The translations under genes were made by a program, and so were the position numbers. From Polyangiaceae bacterium (GTDB lineage Bacteria; Myxococcota_A; Polyangia; Polyangiales; Polyangiaceae), in contig CBDCTZ010000016.1 of assembly GCA_965222375.1 (NCBI GenBank), positions 64,001 to 128,000 on the forward strand: a DNA stretch of 64,000 bases, read 5' to 3'. Position 1 is the stretch's first letter, and every line of letters starts with the position of its first letter. The notes beneath the pieces were generated by a model. That model worked only from the letters and a program-made list of their open reading frames with translations. It was not told the origin of the DNA and searched no databases. Positions 18,436-28,378 of the stretch are shown here, in pieces.

Positions 18436-18479
18436 GGGATCTCACTAGCAGTGGATATCGTCTGCACCAAGCGAGGGTG

Positions 18480-19927
18480 ATGACAGCGCCTGACGCGGGT
18501 GAGGAAAACCCGGACCGCGAGCCAGCCAAACGATTGCGCCGCGCCGTAGTCGGAGGGACAGCCTATCTTGGGGCCGGCGCGAGCGCGCGTCTGCTGCAGC
18601 TCCTGGTTCTGCCGTTGGTGATGCGAGCTGTCTCCCCCGAGGTGTTCGGCAAGTACGTGCTGATTCGGGTCGCTCTGTTTCTCTTTCGCAGCCTGACGGA
18701 TCTGGGAACGAGCTCAGCGACGGTGCGCTACGCGGGGCGCGGAGCCACGGACTAGGGCCTGACCAACGCCAGCGTTTGGTGGGGGCGGGTGACGCTGGCT
18801 GGGACTGGGTCGGTGGCGCTCGTGACCCTCACCTACGCAGTTTCGCCAGCCCACACACCCGTCGCCGTGCTGGCAGCAGGAGCCTTCTTCAGCCTGAGCG
18901 TTGGCGACGCTTTGGCTGCCATCGCCCGAGCACAGGAGCGACACCGGCTGGTTGCGACGGCACATGTCGTAGGCGCGGTCATGGAGGCCACGAGCCTACT
19001 CGTTTTCGTGTGGTTGCTCGAACACGCCCTGGTTGGTCTGGCGGCATCCCTGTGCTTGCGTTTTGTGCGGCGTTCGGGGTGATTGCTCCGCGGGTGTTGG
19101 GCGCGGCGCTGGGTCGACCCAGTCTGTCCCGCTACGTCGCGTTGCTGCGCTTTGGCGTGCCAGCCGCGATTGCGGCACTGATGGGGACCCTGGGCGCAAT
19201 GGACCGCTGGTTGATCGAGCGGGTCTCGTCCCTGGCCAACGTAGCCGCGTACCACTTCGCGAGCATTCCGGGAGTGGTGATCGAAGTGGTGCAGCACGCC
19301 GTCTTCCACGCCGCCGAACCCTGGGTCTACGGCTCGAACGTGGCGTCGCGTGCCCGGGCATTGCAACGCCTGACACAGCTCTACTTCAGCGCGGCGACTG
19401 CGGCAGCACTCGTCGCGAGCCTTTCGGCGCCGGAAGTGTTGTTCGTTCTGGCGCCCCCGGAATATGGCGCCGCCCCCAGCGTCATCCCCTGGTTGACCTT
19501 CGCAGCCGTCTTGCGTGGTGGCGTTCGGATCGTCGGCATCGCAGCGGGCATTGCCCACCAAACGCGGCCGTGGGCGATCGCTGGCTTGATCGACTTGGCC
19601 TTGCTCGCGATCCTGATTGCCGGCGGCGTGCCGCATTTTGGTGTGCTTGCGGCGGGGATCGCTCGATTCGTCGCGGCGGCCGCGGGACTGGTCGCCTGCC
19701 ACCGCTTGTCGGAACTCGCATCGAAGTCGCGAATCCGGGCCGGGTGGGCCATTGGATGGGCAATCCTGTGCGCAGCGCTCTGCGTCGCGTGTATCGACGG
19801 TCCTCTGGGACCAGGGCAGCCCCTGACGATACGGGGAGCGGTGTTGTTCGCCTTGGGCCTGCTCACGCTCGTGTTGCACAAGCACGTCAGTTCCTCCCGT
19901 CTTCGAGGGCCGGCTGCATTAGGCTGA
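18480..19927 (+). pseudogene. Wzx/MATE-like polysaccharide flippase, interrupted
   Basis: LLVLPLVMRAVSPEVFGKY, DLGTSSATVRY, DRWLI motifs; in-frame TAG at 18753-18755 and a 1-nt frameshift near 19067. Confidence 0.8.
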
Positions 19928-19993
19928 CACCATGACGCGCACGCGGCGGCGGCTGATCCAAGTACGGCACGGCAAGTCCCAAGCAGGCGCTCG

Positions 19994-21568
19994 GTGCATC
20001 GCGTGAAACCACAAACCATCGAAACCGATGTTTGCATCATCGGCGCGGGGCCCGCCGGGGCGGTACTGGGCGCCAAGCTCACTCTGGCGGGCAAACGGGT
20101 CGTGATCCTCGAGCGAGGGCCAAAGTTCAAGGGACTCGTCACGCGCAAAGAGCTGGTCGCGAACCGCGCCGTACATCGGGCACCGATGAACTACCACGAC
20201 GCCCTCAAAGGCGATCAACCCGCGTTCCTCGCTGCCAGCGGCAGCAAGCGGCCGTACTTCTACAGCCGGGTGTCGGCTGCCGGCGGCACGAGTCTCACCT
20301 GGCGCGCATTCTGTCAGCGCCCCCTGGCGGAGGAGATGCAGGCGCGGAGTCAATTGGATCGCGGACGTGACTGGCCACTGAGCTACGACCAGCTCGAACC
20401 CTGGTTGACTGCAGCCGAAACTGAACTGGGGGTCGCGGGCGCGGACAGCCCCTATGCGTCTGCTCGCTCGAAACCTTTCCCTTTGCCCGCTCACGCTTTT
20501 TCCTACTGCGACCTGGCGCTACTGAAACCCGCCCTGCAGCGCCTGGGGTGGCACCTGCACAGCAACCCCGTCGCAATCGCGTCGCGCCCGTACCGAGGTC
20601 GACCGGCCTGCCGCGGCTGCCGCCAATGCGATCTATGCCCCTCGGGGGCGCGCTACTCGGCTGATCTGTCGCACTTGGCCTTCTTCCAAAGCAAGGGAGG
20701 GACGCTCTATCCGCACACTCAGGCCCTTCGGGTCGCCTTCGACTCCTCCGCACGCCGCATTGGGCACGTCCTCGCCGTCGATCGAAAGACTGGCAACAAG
20801 CTTCGAATCCGTGGTGAAAGCATCGTGATTGCCGCCGGCGGAGTGGAAAGTCCAAGGCTGCTCCAGCTATCTCTTCCCGTCCAAGCGACTGAATTCAGCG
20901 ACGCATTGGGCACGGGCTTTGGCGACAGCCTCGTGACCATCTCGACGCTGGTGCTCAAAGAGGAGACGGGGACGAGCCTGGGTTTCTCGACCTCCGCGAC
21001 GGATCACTTCCGCGTCGCCGCCAACCGCTCGGACCATGACGGCTTCCACCTGATGTTCGCCGCGGGGCGCTACGACTCCGAGGGCTTGCTGCGCTGGGTC
21101 ACGCGACATGGGAAGTACTCGCCGCAGCGCTACCAGGAGGCGGCGCGCCGCAGCGTCATGGTGGTGGCAACCGTCGAACTCGAAGCCAACGGCTCGATTG
21201 GACTGGCGCAGGATCGGCGCGACAGCAACAAGGACCCCATCCCTCGCATCGAGTACGCGGTGAGCGAGCGCGGCGAAAAAACAATGCAGGCGGCCACCAG
21301 TGCCATTGACGAGCTCGGGCGAGCTCTAGGCGCAGAACACGTGCACCATGGCACCAGTCACGGCTACCTGTGGGGCGGCAGCCCCCGGGGCGGCTGTGGC
21401 ATGGGCGAAGGCGGCGTCTGCGACGCAGACCTTCAGGTGCGCGGCACGGAGAATCTGTACGTGCTGAGTAGCGCGGCCTTCCCCCACTTGGGCAGCACCA
21501 GCCCGACGCTCACCCTCGTCGCGCTAGCGCTGAGATTGGCCAACAGGTTGGTGGCGAGCGTGCCATGA
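19994..21568 (+). CDS. GMC-family FAD oxidoreductase
   Basis: DVCIIGAGPAG, LERG, GGTSLTW, WPLSYDQLEPW, CRGCRQCDLC, AAGGVESPRLL, NLYV...PTLT. Confidence 0.9.
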   Translation: MHRVKPQTIETDVCIIGAGPAGAVLGAKLTLAGKRVVILERGPKFKGLVTRKELVANRAVHRAPMNYHDALKGDQPAFLAASGSKRPYFYSRVSAAGGTSLTWRAFCQRPLAEEMQARSQLDRGRDWPLSYDQLEPWLTAAETELGVAGADSPYASARSKPFPLPAHAFSYCDLALLKPALQRLGWHLHSNPVAIASRPYRGRPACRGCRQCDLCPSGARYSADLSHLAFFQSKGGTLYPHTQALRVAFDSSARRIGHVLAVDRKTGNKLRIRGESIVIAAGGVESPRLLQLSLPVQATEFSDALGTGFGDSLVTISTLVLKEETGTSLGFSTSATDHFRVAANRSDHDGFHLMFAAGRYDSEGLLRWVTRHGKYSPQRYQEAARRSVMVVATVELEANGSIGLAQDRRDSNKDPIPRIEYAVSERGEKTMQAATSAIDELGRALGAEHVHHGTSHGYLWGGSPRGGCGMGEGGVCDADLQVRGTENLYVLSSAAFPHLGSTSPTLTLVALALRLANRLVASVP

Positions 21569-22038
21569 GGCTACCGCGGCGCAGAGTGCTCTTCTTCCTA
21601 GGCTCCCTGGGAGCCGCTGCTGCTGGAGTCTGGGTGTTGTTGCTACGCCTGCGTGGGCCAAGCTCCGGCCCGGAAACTGAGCAGGCGCCGGTTTCCACGG
21701 CGCGTCAGCGATTGGTCCGCGGGCTGCTTGGTGTGACGACCGGCGCCGCTTTGGACAATCCTACCCGAGGGAATTCCCTGCTGCGTGTGCCCGATAGCGT
21801 GAATCTGCGCTCCCTCGCCGAACGCGTTGAAGGAGCACTCGCCGAGGGCGGCGAACTTCGATTGAAGGAATTGGCCAAAGACGAGCGCGAGTGGGTCTGG
21901 CGGCTCATCGCGGATCTTCAAGACACTCAACCTGCGCGCGAGGCTGCCCGGGTCGATCCGTCGGGTTGTTTGGAGGACGCTGCCCTTCACACCCTGTCCC
22001 CCGAGGCTCTGCGAAGGCGTTTTCGGCGCCGGCCCTAA
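21565..22038 (+). CDS. Tat-signal-like small protein, possible GMC partner subunit
   Basis: RRRVLFFLG followed by a hydrophobic stretch; ATGA overlap with the GMC gene. Confidence 0.5.
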   Translation: MRLPRRRVLFFLGSLGAAAAGVWVLLLRLRGPSSGPETEQAPVSTARQRLVRGLLGVTTGAALDNPTRGNSLLRVPDSVNLRSLAERVEGALAEGGELRLKELAKDEREWVWRLIADLQDTQPAREAARVDPSGCLEDAALHTLSPEALRRRFRRRP

Positions 22039-24848
22039 GGCTGGTCTTCGAACCAGGGCGCACCATCCCCACAGCGGTGTACACGCAGCCGCGTGATGCG
22101 AGTCTCAGGCGCTTCGGCGTCCCATAACGTCCAGGTCGCGAGTCGGAGCTTGACCCAGCGGCCATCCCACTCGCTGAGGGGAAGGTCTGCGAGATCGATC
22201 TGCTCTTTGTCAGGCCCCAGCTCGACCCGCGACAGGCGAACGACATCAGAGCCGTACATGATTCCGACATCCAAGGCGGCGCCCGCAGACTTTTCGGAGC
22301 GCGGCTCTCGCAATCCGGTCAGCGCGATGCAACGACCCTTCTTGGCCAATACCGGGATCAAGACTTCTGTCGGAGGCACCCCTCTGGCTTCCGGCTGCAT
22401 CACCAGCCCGGCGCCACTCACCCGAGCCTGACCTTGGGTGAGCTCGAATTCGCTTCGGTGCAGGTTGAGAGCCAAGTTGACCAGGCTGCTGCATGCTCCC
22501 AATCGTGGTCGCCGAAAGACGCCACGGTTGTTGCTCCGGCCTTGCGCACTGACCCCGAGACGCAAAACCACATCCCGCCCTGCCCAAGGCGCCAGAGGCA
22601 ATTCCATGGGCAGAGCGTCGGCACCTGGTTTCGCCGTGTAATGCACGACCCGGGGGCGGTCGTAGCCATCGATGATGTGCGCCTCGACTTCAACTGGGTC
22701 CGGGTCGTCTCCGGCCACACTCAGCTGCCCGAAGAAGCACGTGTCCTTGCAGGGGACGGTGGGCAAGAACATCTCGGCCAGGGGTTGGCCGGGTGCGTTG
22801 GGGCGAAGTTGCAAGTCGTCGCCGTTCACCTCCGGTGACGTCCAACGCGGCATCGCCCGATCATGAGCGCGCGCGAACTCTGTGCCCGCCTCACAGTTCT
22901 TCGGTAGCGCGCGCGGCTCGTCTCCGGGCGCAAGCTCCATCAGACTGTGAATTCTCAGCGATGCACTCTTGGGTGAAGCCGGGCGTGGCGCAACGGAGAT
23001 CACCATGCGATCCGCGAAACGTTCGATCTTTGGCGCGCGGCCCGCAACCCAGCGCCATTCCGCCACGTCCGCAACCACGGGCAGGATGGTCGTGAGGTTG
23101 TCGCCAACACCGGCGTAGGGCACGCTCATGGGGCGGGACAGGGGCTCGTCGCCGTCAAAGAAGCGTACCGTCAAGATGGGCGCGCCCCCGACGAGCAGCC
23201 GAGCTGCGCTGATGCCGAGGGAGTACTCGAGGCGCACGGCGTTTTCCCAGGGCACGCGCCGACCAAACGGAATGCTCACCCGCGCCGGAAGCGCCAGCTC
23301 CGTCTCCGCAGTCAAATCCGCGAACAGCGGCCTCTGCTTGGGTCGCACGGGAACTGCCCGCAATACCGAGGCCACCAGGTCCGGACCCAGCATCTCCCTT
23401 GGTTCATACAGTTCGTGCTGGGCCAGCATGATGTCGCTGAAGCCCCAGCTACCGCCGTCAAAGGAAATGATCTCCCGGGCAGCGTGAGGGCATCGTTTCT
23501 CTCGAATTCGATCGGCCATGGCGCGCTGCAGGGGTTCGGACCAACCCAGCATGAGTTCCGTGGGTCCAGGCACGCCCGTGAGTGCATGCAGGGACTCCGC
23601 GCTGCCTGGCAGGCCGATGCAGCCGCCGTCTTTCGGTTGGTTTGCTTCCACCCAACGCCGTAGCCGCGCAAATTCGCCCTGGTACTCGACGCGGGGCGGA
23701 GCGCGCAGTGCCCGGTACAAAGCGACAAAGCGGGTCGGTTCCCATGCGGATGGGCGATCGCGATGGCTGCCGAACCATGCAAGCCCGAATATCAAAGACA
23801 GAAGACCGGCGAACCCCGCCACAAAACGCTGCGTGCGTAGGGTCCGCGCGCAGACCAGTACGAGCACGGCAGCCAGCGGAACCAACCCCGCATACAGATG
23901 CTCTGCGTCGGCACGGAGCACGGTGCGGTACGCCAGGGGCAGCGCGCCCACCAACCAGGTACCGATCACCGGTTCGACCCGTAGCAAAGCAATGATCCCC
24001 GAAAGTAGCGTCGCGAAAACCACGAACGCGATGGCCGCTGCCGGATCGAAACCAGTGGGGGCGAGCAGCATGGTCGTGCCGTAGGCGTGCACGATGTCAA
24101 AGGAGCTCTTGACGAAGTGTGCGTAACTGCCCCCAAGCAGGGCCAACACACCCGCGACGACGAACTGCCACAAAGCGACCGCCGCAAGTGCACGCAGCCC
24201 CCTGACCAGCGCGGGGCGTCCTCCCGCCAACACGAAAGACTCGTAGCCGCACATGACGAGCAGGCTCGCCAGGCTCAATAGGCCGGTGTCGAAAGAGAGC
24301 AGCACGCCTACCGTCACCAGACCGCCCACGATCAAGTCCCGGCGACGGGTCGTCGCTTGTCGAGGTGCCTCGGCGGCGTAGTACAGGACGACCGAGAGGG
24401 GCAGGATCGCGCGAAAGGTCCGAACGTCGTCGTGCAACGCAAACACGCTCATCCCCAACAAGGCCGCTGCCCGAACCCGCGGCGACAGAGGCTGGGACAA
24501 CACCAGCAACGTGCAAACCACCAAGGAAGCGAGGGGAAAGACGAGATGCAAGCCGGCGACGACCCGAGGACCCGTCAGCGGAGACCCCAGAGTGGGCAGT
24601 GTGGCCAGGGCTTGCCACAGCGGTCCGATCGGATAGGCGAGTTCCCGACCCACCCAGCGGCCCTGGCGCGCAGCCCACGGCAACATCAACTCCCAGCCGT
24701 AGTCCCACTTGCGGCGCTCGAGCATCCAATCGTCGAAGGACAGATGCCACCACAGGGCGTTCGCGACGACCGCGCAGGTCAGATAGCCGAGCACTATCAG
24801 ACTCAGCCTCCCGGGCTTCTTCAGACGTTGGATCAGTTCTGTGGACAT
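22035..24848 (-). CDS. Large polytopic membrane protein, putative GT-C-fold glycosyltransferase-like, with extracytoplasmic beta domains
   Basis: First-loop motif DYGW...GRWVGRELAYPIGPLW, about 11 TMs, C-terminal repeats of LPLxxWxGRxVxLRL. Confidence 0.7.
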   Translation of the reverse strand: MSTELIQRLKKPGRLSLIVLGYLTCAVVANALWWHLSFDDWMLERRKWDYGWELMLPWAARQGRWVGRELAYPIGPLWQALATLPTLGSPLTGPRVVAGLHLVFPLASLVVCTLLVLSQPLSPRVRAAALLGMSVFALHDDVRTFRAILPLSVVLYYAAEAPRQATTRRRDLIVGGLVTVGVLLSFDTGLLSLASLLVMCGYESFVLAGGRPALVRGLRALAAVALWQFVVAGVLALLGGSYAHFVKSSFDIVHAYGTTMLLAPTGFDPAAAIAFVVFATLLSGIIALLRVEPVIGTWLVGALPLAYRTVLRADAEHLYAGLVPLAAVLVLVCARTLRTQRFVAGFAGLLSLIFGLAWFGSHRDRPSAWEPTRFVALYRALRAPPRVEYQGEFARLRRWVEANQPKDGGCIGLPGSAESLHALTGVPGPTELMLGWSEPLQRAMADRIREKRCPHAAREIISFDGGSWGFSDIMLAQHELYEPREMLGPDLVASVLRAVPVRPKQRPLFADLTAETELALPARVSIPFGRRVPWENAVRLEYSLGISAARLLVGGAPILTVRFFDGDEPLSRPMSVPYAGVGDNLTTILPVVADVAEWRWVAGRAPKIERFADRMVISVAPRPASPKSASLRIHSLMELAPGDEPRALPKNCEAGTEFARAHDRAMPRWTSPEVNGDDLQLRPNAPGQPLAEMFLPTVPCKDTCFFGQLSVAGDDPDPVEVEAHIIDGYDRPRVVHYTAKPGADALPMELPLAPWAGRDVVLRLGVSAQGRSNNRGVFRRPRLGACSSLVNLALNLHRSEFELTQGQARVSGAGLVMQPEARGVPPTEVLIPVLAKKGRCIALTGLREPRSEKSAGAALDVGIMYGSDVVRLSRVELGPDKEQIDLADLPLSEWDGRWVKLRLATWTLWDAEAPETRITRLRVHRCGDGAPWFEDQP

Positions 24849-27688
24849 GACCCAACACTGAAGTTCTGAAGCAACAAACGCGCGTCTTTCGAACCCGCGA
24901 TCACCCGCGTTTCCAAGCTGAGCGCAAGGTGCCGCCGGAACCAGTCGTGGAGCGAGAAGATCAGATCTGGTGGGTCTTGGCTGGCCGACAGCGTCTCACG
25001 ATAAAGTCGGTGCCTTCGGCCATCCACCTCGACCCACACCGCAAGCTCCAACCGAGTGCTCTCACCGCCCTCCAATTTCGGTTGGGCGCGAACGCAGGTG
25101 TCAGCGCTGACGTAGAAGGGGTAGCTGAGCGCCGCGTTCGGCGACATGGCGACATAGGACGGTCCTTCGGGGCGTGCCCAACCCTTTGGGACTCGAACCA
25201 ACCGGCGCCGCAACTTCTCAGCGACCACGGCGCGGTTGCTGCAACGATTCAGACGGGGTTTGCCAACGAACAGAAAGTCGTTTGCCGGGCTGTCTCGGGT
25301 CTCGGAGCCGAGGCGGAGCAAGACGTCCCGGTCCTTCCAGCGGTCCAAGGGCAATTCGATCTTGTGTGCCTGCTCGCCGGGCAAGACCACCTGGCGGAAG
25401 ATGACCGGACGCTGATCCGCATCGTGCACATGCACCTCTGCCAACGCACCGTCGCCTGAACCTTTGGGCATTTCGATACCCAGTTCCATGTACAGACAGG
25501 TGGAGCCGCAGGGGCGAACCGGAAAATACACTTCAGCGGGCTGCTCGGGCTTGGGCGTGGGGTGCAACAAGAAGCGCTGCTCCGTGGGTCGAACGGCAAC
25601 CCCACGCGGCATCGCGGCGCCCGACTGCACCGACTCCAACAAGTCGGCTTTCGGCGTGCAGTGCGCCTTGCGCGGCGTGACAACCTTGGTCCGTGGGGAC
25701 CAAGCCTCAGCCGCGTGAACCACGAACTCGATCTCGCTCGGTGACAATCTCCCCCGAGGCGCGAAACGCAGCCGCACTGAATCCGCTCGCGCGGGCTCCT
25801 TGCGTGCACGCGCGACTATCCAGCGCCACTCGGCGTCGACAGGGTCGACGGCCAGAGTCGCTTTTGTCCGTGTGTTGATCGCAACATCCGTCCAAGGCAC
25901 TTCAGCACTCACCGCTTTTCCGTCGCGTTCGAAGCGGTAGAAGATCTCCGGCGACGCCCCCAACATGCGCGTCAGCTCTTGGATTTCGAAACTGTGGTCC
26001 AACCACAGGAAGTCGGGCCCGGTGAGCTCTCGGCCCAGCGACAGAACCAGTTCACCAGGGACCGAAACCGTCGTCGTGCGGCCCACCTCGGCAAGGGGTA
26101 GCGACTGCCGCTTGGGAGGAAGGGGCACTTGCCTGAGGCGCATCGCGAAAGTCGCCGGCCCTAGGCGCCGCTCGACTTCGTACAGTTCGCTGATCACGAA
26201 CAGGTCTTCTCCCAAGAACCAATTCGGCTGGTCAGGGCGATCGAAGCTGCCGATCTGATACACGAAGGTGGGGCAACGCTCCTCACGAATCCGCTGGCCG
26301 AGCCGGCGCTGCTGCTCGCTGTTCCAGCGCAACGCGATGCTCGTGGGGCCCGGCAGGTCCGCTAGTGCGTGAGCCACTGAGAGCCCCGGTGACAGACTCA
26401 CGCAAGCTCCGTCGAGGGTTCGCTTCTTGTCTCGCAAGAAGGCGGTGGTCGTCGAAATGTCGGTCGCGAAGTCCAGTTGGGGCTTTCGCTCACCGCGCCG
26501 TACTTTCGACGCCTCGGCAAAGACCTTGGGACTGAGCCAGAGGTTTTCGGAGCGCGCGCCGTACCAGCCGAGTAGGAAGATGGCGGCGAGGAGCGCCGTC
26601 GCCGAGCGGGTCTTCGTCGTGCCTGCGCTGGGCCGGGCGGCGATCACGATCAGCACGCCTACCAATGGCAGCACTCCCATGAACACATGCCCGGCGTTGG
26701 GCTGTGGAATGGCGAAGACCGCGAGGGGCAACGCTCCGGCGATCCAGCACGCCTCCAACGCGCGCCGCTCTCGGGATGCGACCCCGAACAAGGCAACCAT
26801 GCAGGCGCACACCACGAGCAGGATCACATTCGCCGCATTGTCCTCTGCGGTCTTCGCGAGAGTGACTGCGTAGGACGCCGCCATGGCGCGCTGCTCCGCA
26901 ACATACTCAGTCGGACTCACACCGAGCCCAAGACCGATGGCGCACACGCCGGCGAGCCAGCCAGCCTGCGCGACGAGGTACAGCGCAAATCGCCTCAACC
27001 CAGGTCGCAACGGAAGTCCGTGGCGCCACCGAAGGAGCAGCTCGACACACGCCATCAAGCCGACGGTTCCCCCCGCCAACACCAAGCGGTCGAGGGAGAG
27101 CAGCGCTGCCACGGTGGCGACACCCGCCGCGAGGACGGCATCGCGTGCCGTGGGTCGCCGCTCGCTCGACTCACTGGGCAAGTAGAGCAGCACGTGGGCG
27201 AGCGAAAGCATCGGCCTCAGGGTCGCGACGCCGGCGCCATAGCAGAGCAGCCCAAGCAAGCCATATACAAGCAGGCGAGCGAGGGGATGCTTGGTGCTGC
27301 GCCATGCAATGACGAAGGAGAGGATCACGCCGAGGGCTTGCACCACGGCTTGCATGCCAGCGGCCGCGTGCGCTGCATCGAACGCGCCGGGCAAGGCGCC
27401 AAAGTAGGCGAGCGCTTGCCACAAGGGGCCCATGGGGAAGTGGAAGTCGCGACCGACCCATTGCCCGTGGCTAGCGTGCCAAGGCAGCGACAGCTGCCAA
27501 GAGTAGTCCACGGGGTTCGAAAGCAAGGTCCGCGAGTCCCACAGGCGAAAACGCACATAGGCACCAGCGGCGATGGCTGCGGTAGCATACAGGGAGAACA
27601 AAGCCACCGGTAGGTGACGAAGAAAGCGCCGCGCCCGCCCCAGATTCTGGCTCGGCTGCTCCGTCACACTTGTGTCCTGCTCTTTCAC
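24833..27688 (-). CDS. Large polytopic membrane protein, paralogue of the downstream gene
   Basis: DYSW...GQWVGRDFHFPMGPLW; colinear similarity with 22035..24848; start uncertain (27688 or 27730). Confidence 0.7.
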   Translation of the reverse strand: MKEQDTSVTEQPSQNLGRARRFLRHLPVALFSLYATAAIAAGAYVRFRLWDSRTLLSNPVDYSWQLSLPWHASHGQWVGRDFHFPMGPLWQALAYFGALPGAFDAAHAAAGMQAVVQALGVILSFVIAWRSTKHPLARLLVYGLLGLLCYGAGVATLRPMLSLAHVLLYLPSESSERRPTARDAVLAAGVATVAALLSLDRLVLAGGTVGLMACVELLLRWRHGLPLRPGLRRFALYLVAQAGWLAGVCAIGLGLGVSPTEYVAEQRAMAASYAVTLAKTAEDNAANVILLVVCACMVALFGVASRERRALEACWIAGALPLAVFAIPQPNAGHVFMGVLPLVGVLIVIAARPSAGTTKTRSATALLAAIFLLGWYGARSENLWLSPKVFAEASKVRRGERKPQLDFATDISTTTAFLRDKKRTLDGACVSLSPGLSVAHALADLPGPTSIALRWNSEQQRRLGQRIREERCPTFVYQIGSFDRPDQPNWFLGEDLFVISELYEVERRLGPATFAMRLRQVPLPPKRQSLPLAEVGRTTTVSVPGELVLSLGRELTGPDFLWLDHSFEIQELTRMLGASPEIFYRFERDGKAVSAEVPWTDVAINTRTKATLAVDPVDAEWRWIVARARKEPARADSVRLRFAPRGRLSPSEIEFVVHAAEAWSPRTKVVTPRKAHCTPKADLLESVQSGAAMPRGVAVRPTEQRFLLHPTPKPEQPAEVYFPVRPCGSTCLYMELGIEMPKGSGDGALAEVHVHDADQRPVIFRQVVLPGEQAHKIELPLDRWKDRDVLLRLGSETRDSPANDFLFVGKPRLNRCSNRAVVAEKLRRRLVRVPKGWARPEGPSYVAMSPNAALSYPFYVSADTCVRAQPKLEGGESTRLELAVWVEVDGRRHRLYRETLSASQDPPDLIFSLHDWFRRHLALSLETRVIAGSKDARLLLQNFSVGSCPQN

Positions 27689-27748
27689 GACGTTAGAACG
27701 GCTCGGGTGGCTTCCGGCACCAAACGGCATGCAGCAATCCGGCGTGCC

Positions 27749-28378
27749 ATGGCGCTACGGCTCGAGGATAAGCCGGAGCTCGGCGCGTACCACGTCGACT
27801 TTGCATCGATGGTGCGGCGGATGCGGGCAATCGAGGCCATTTGCGAGAAGAGCGACAGGATCCTCTTCCTCGGGGATGACGATCTCGCATCGCTAGCCGT
27901 GCATTTCTTGGGCTATCACAACCTAACGGTTCTGGATCTCGACCAGCAGCTCCTCGCAGTCGTCAAGAAGCACTCCCGAGGCCGGATCCGCACCGTCCCC
28001 CACGATCTACGCGGGGTCTATCGGGGGCGCCTTCCCCGCCTGGGCGTGAAGTTCGACTTGTTCGTCACCGACCCGCCCTACGGCGCCGACGGGCTTCGGG
28101 CGTTCAGCGGCGTCGGTCTGGCCAATCTCGCGCTGGGCGGGATGGGTCTGGTGGCGACTCCGGAACGCAAGGCACCCGTGACCAACGTCGGCGATCCGGA
28201 AACTCTGACCCACTCGCTGCAGGAGTTCCTCATCGCCAGTGGTGGGCTGCTACTCCGCGCAGACTCGGCCGCCATCCGCTCCTATCATGGCACGGTCGCG
28301 ACGATGCTTTGGTTGAAGAAGCACACGCGACGCAAGCCCCGATTCGATCTCCTAGAGGGCCCCGGTGCCTTCTACTGA
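27749..28378 (+). CDS. DUF43/BpsA-like (branched-chain polyamine synthase-like) SAM-fold protein
   Basis: ILFLGDDDLASLA, VLDLD, HDLR and FDLFVTDPPY motifs. Confidence 0.7.
   Translation: MALRLEDKPELGAYHVDFASMVRRMRAIEAICEKSDRILFLGDDDLASLAVHFLGYHNLTVLDLDQQLLAVVKKHSRGRIRTVPHDLRGVYRGRLPRLGVKFDLFVTDPPYGADGLRAFSGVGLANLALGGMGLVATPERKAPVTNVGDPETLTHSLQEFLIASGGLLLRADSAAIRSYHGTVATMLWLKKHTRRKPRFDLLEGPGAFY

Noticed and set aside
8929..18755. Amber (TAG) recoding or pyrrolysine suggested by two in-frame TAGs
   Set aside because: Many intact genes end at TAG at the expected C-terminus (e.g. 29777, 49449, 50296, 52436). The flippase also has a frameshift, and no pyl genes or suppressor tRNA are present.
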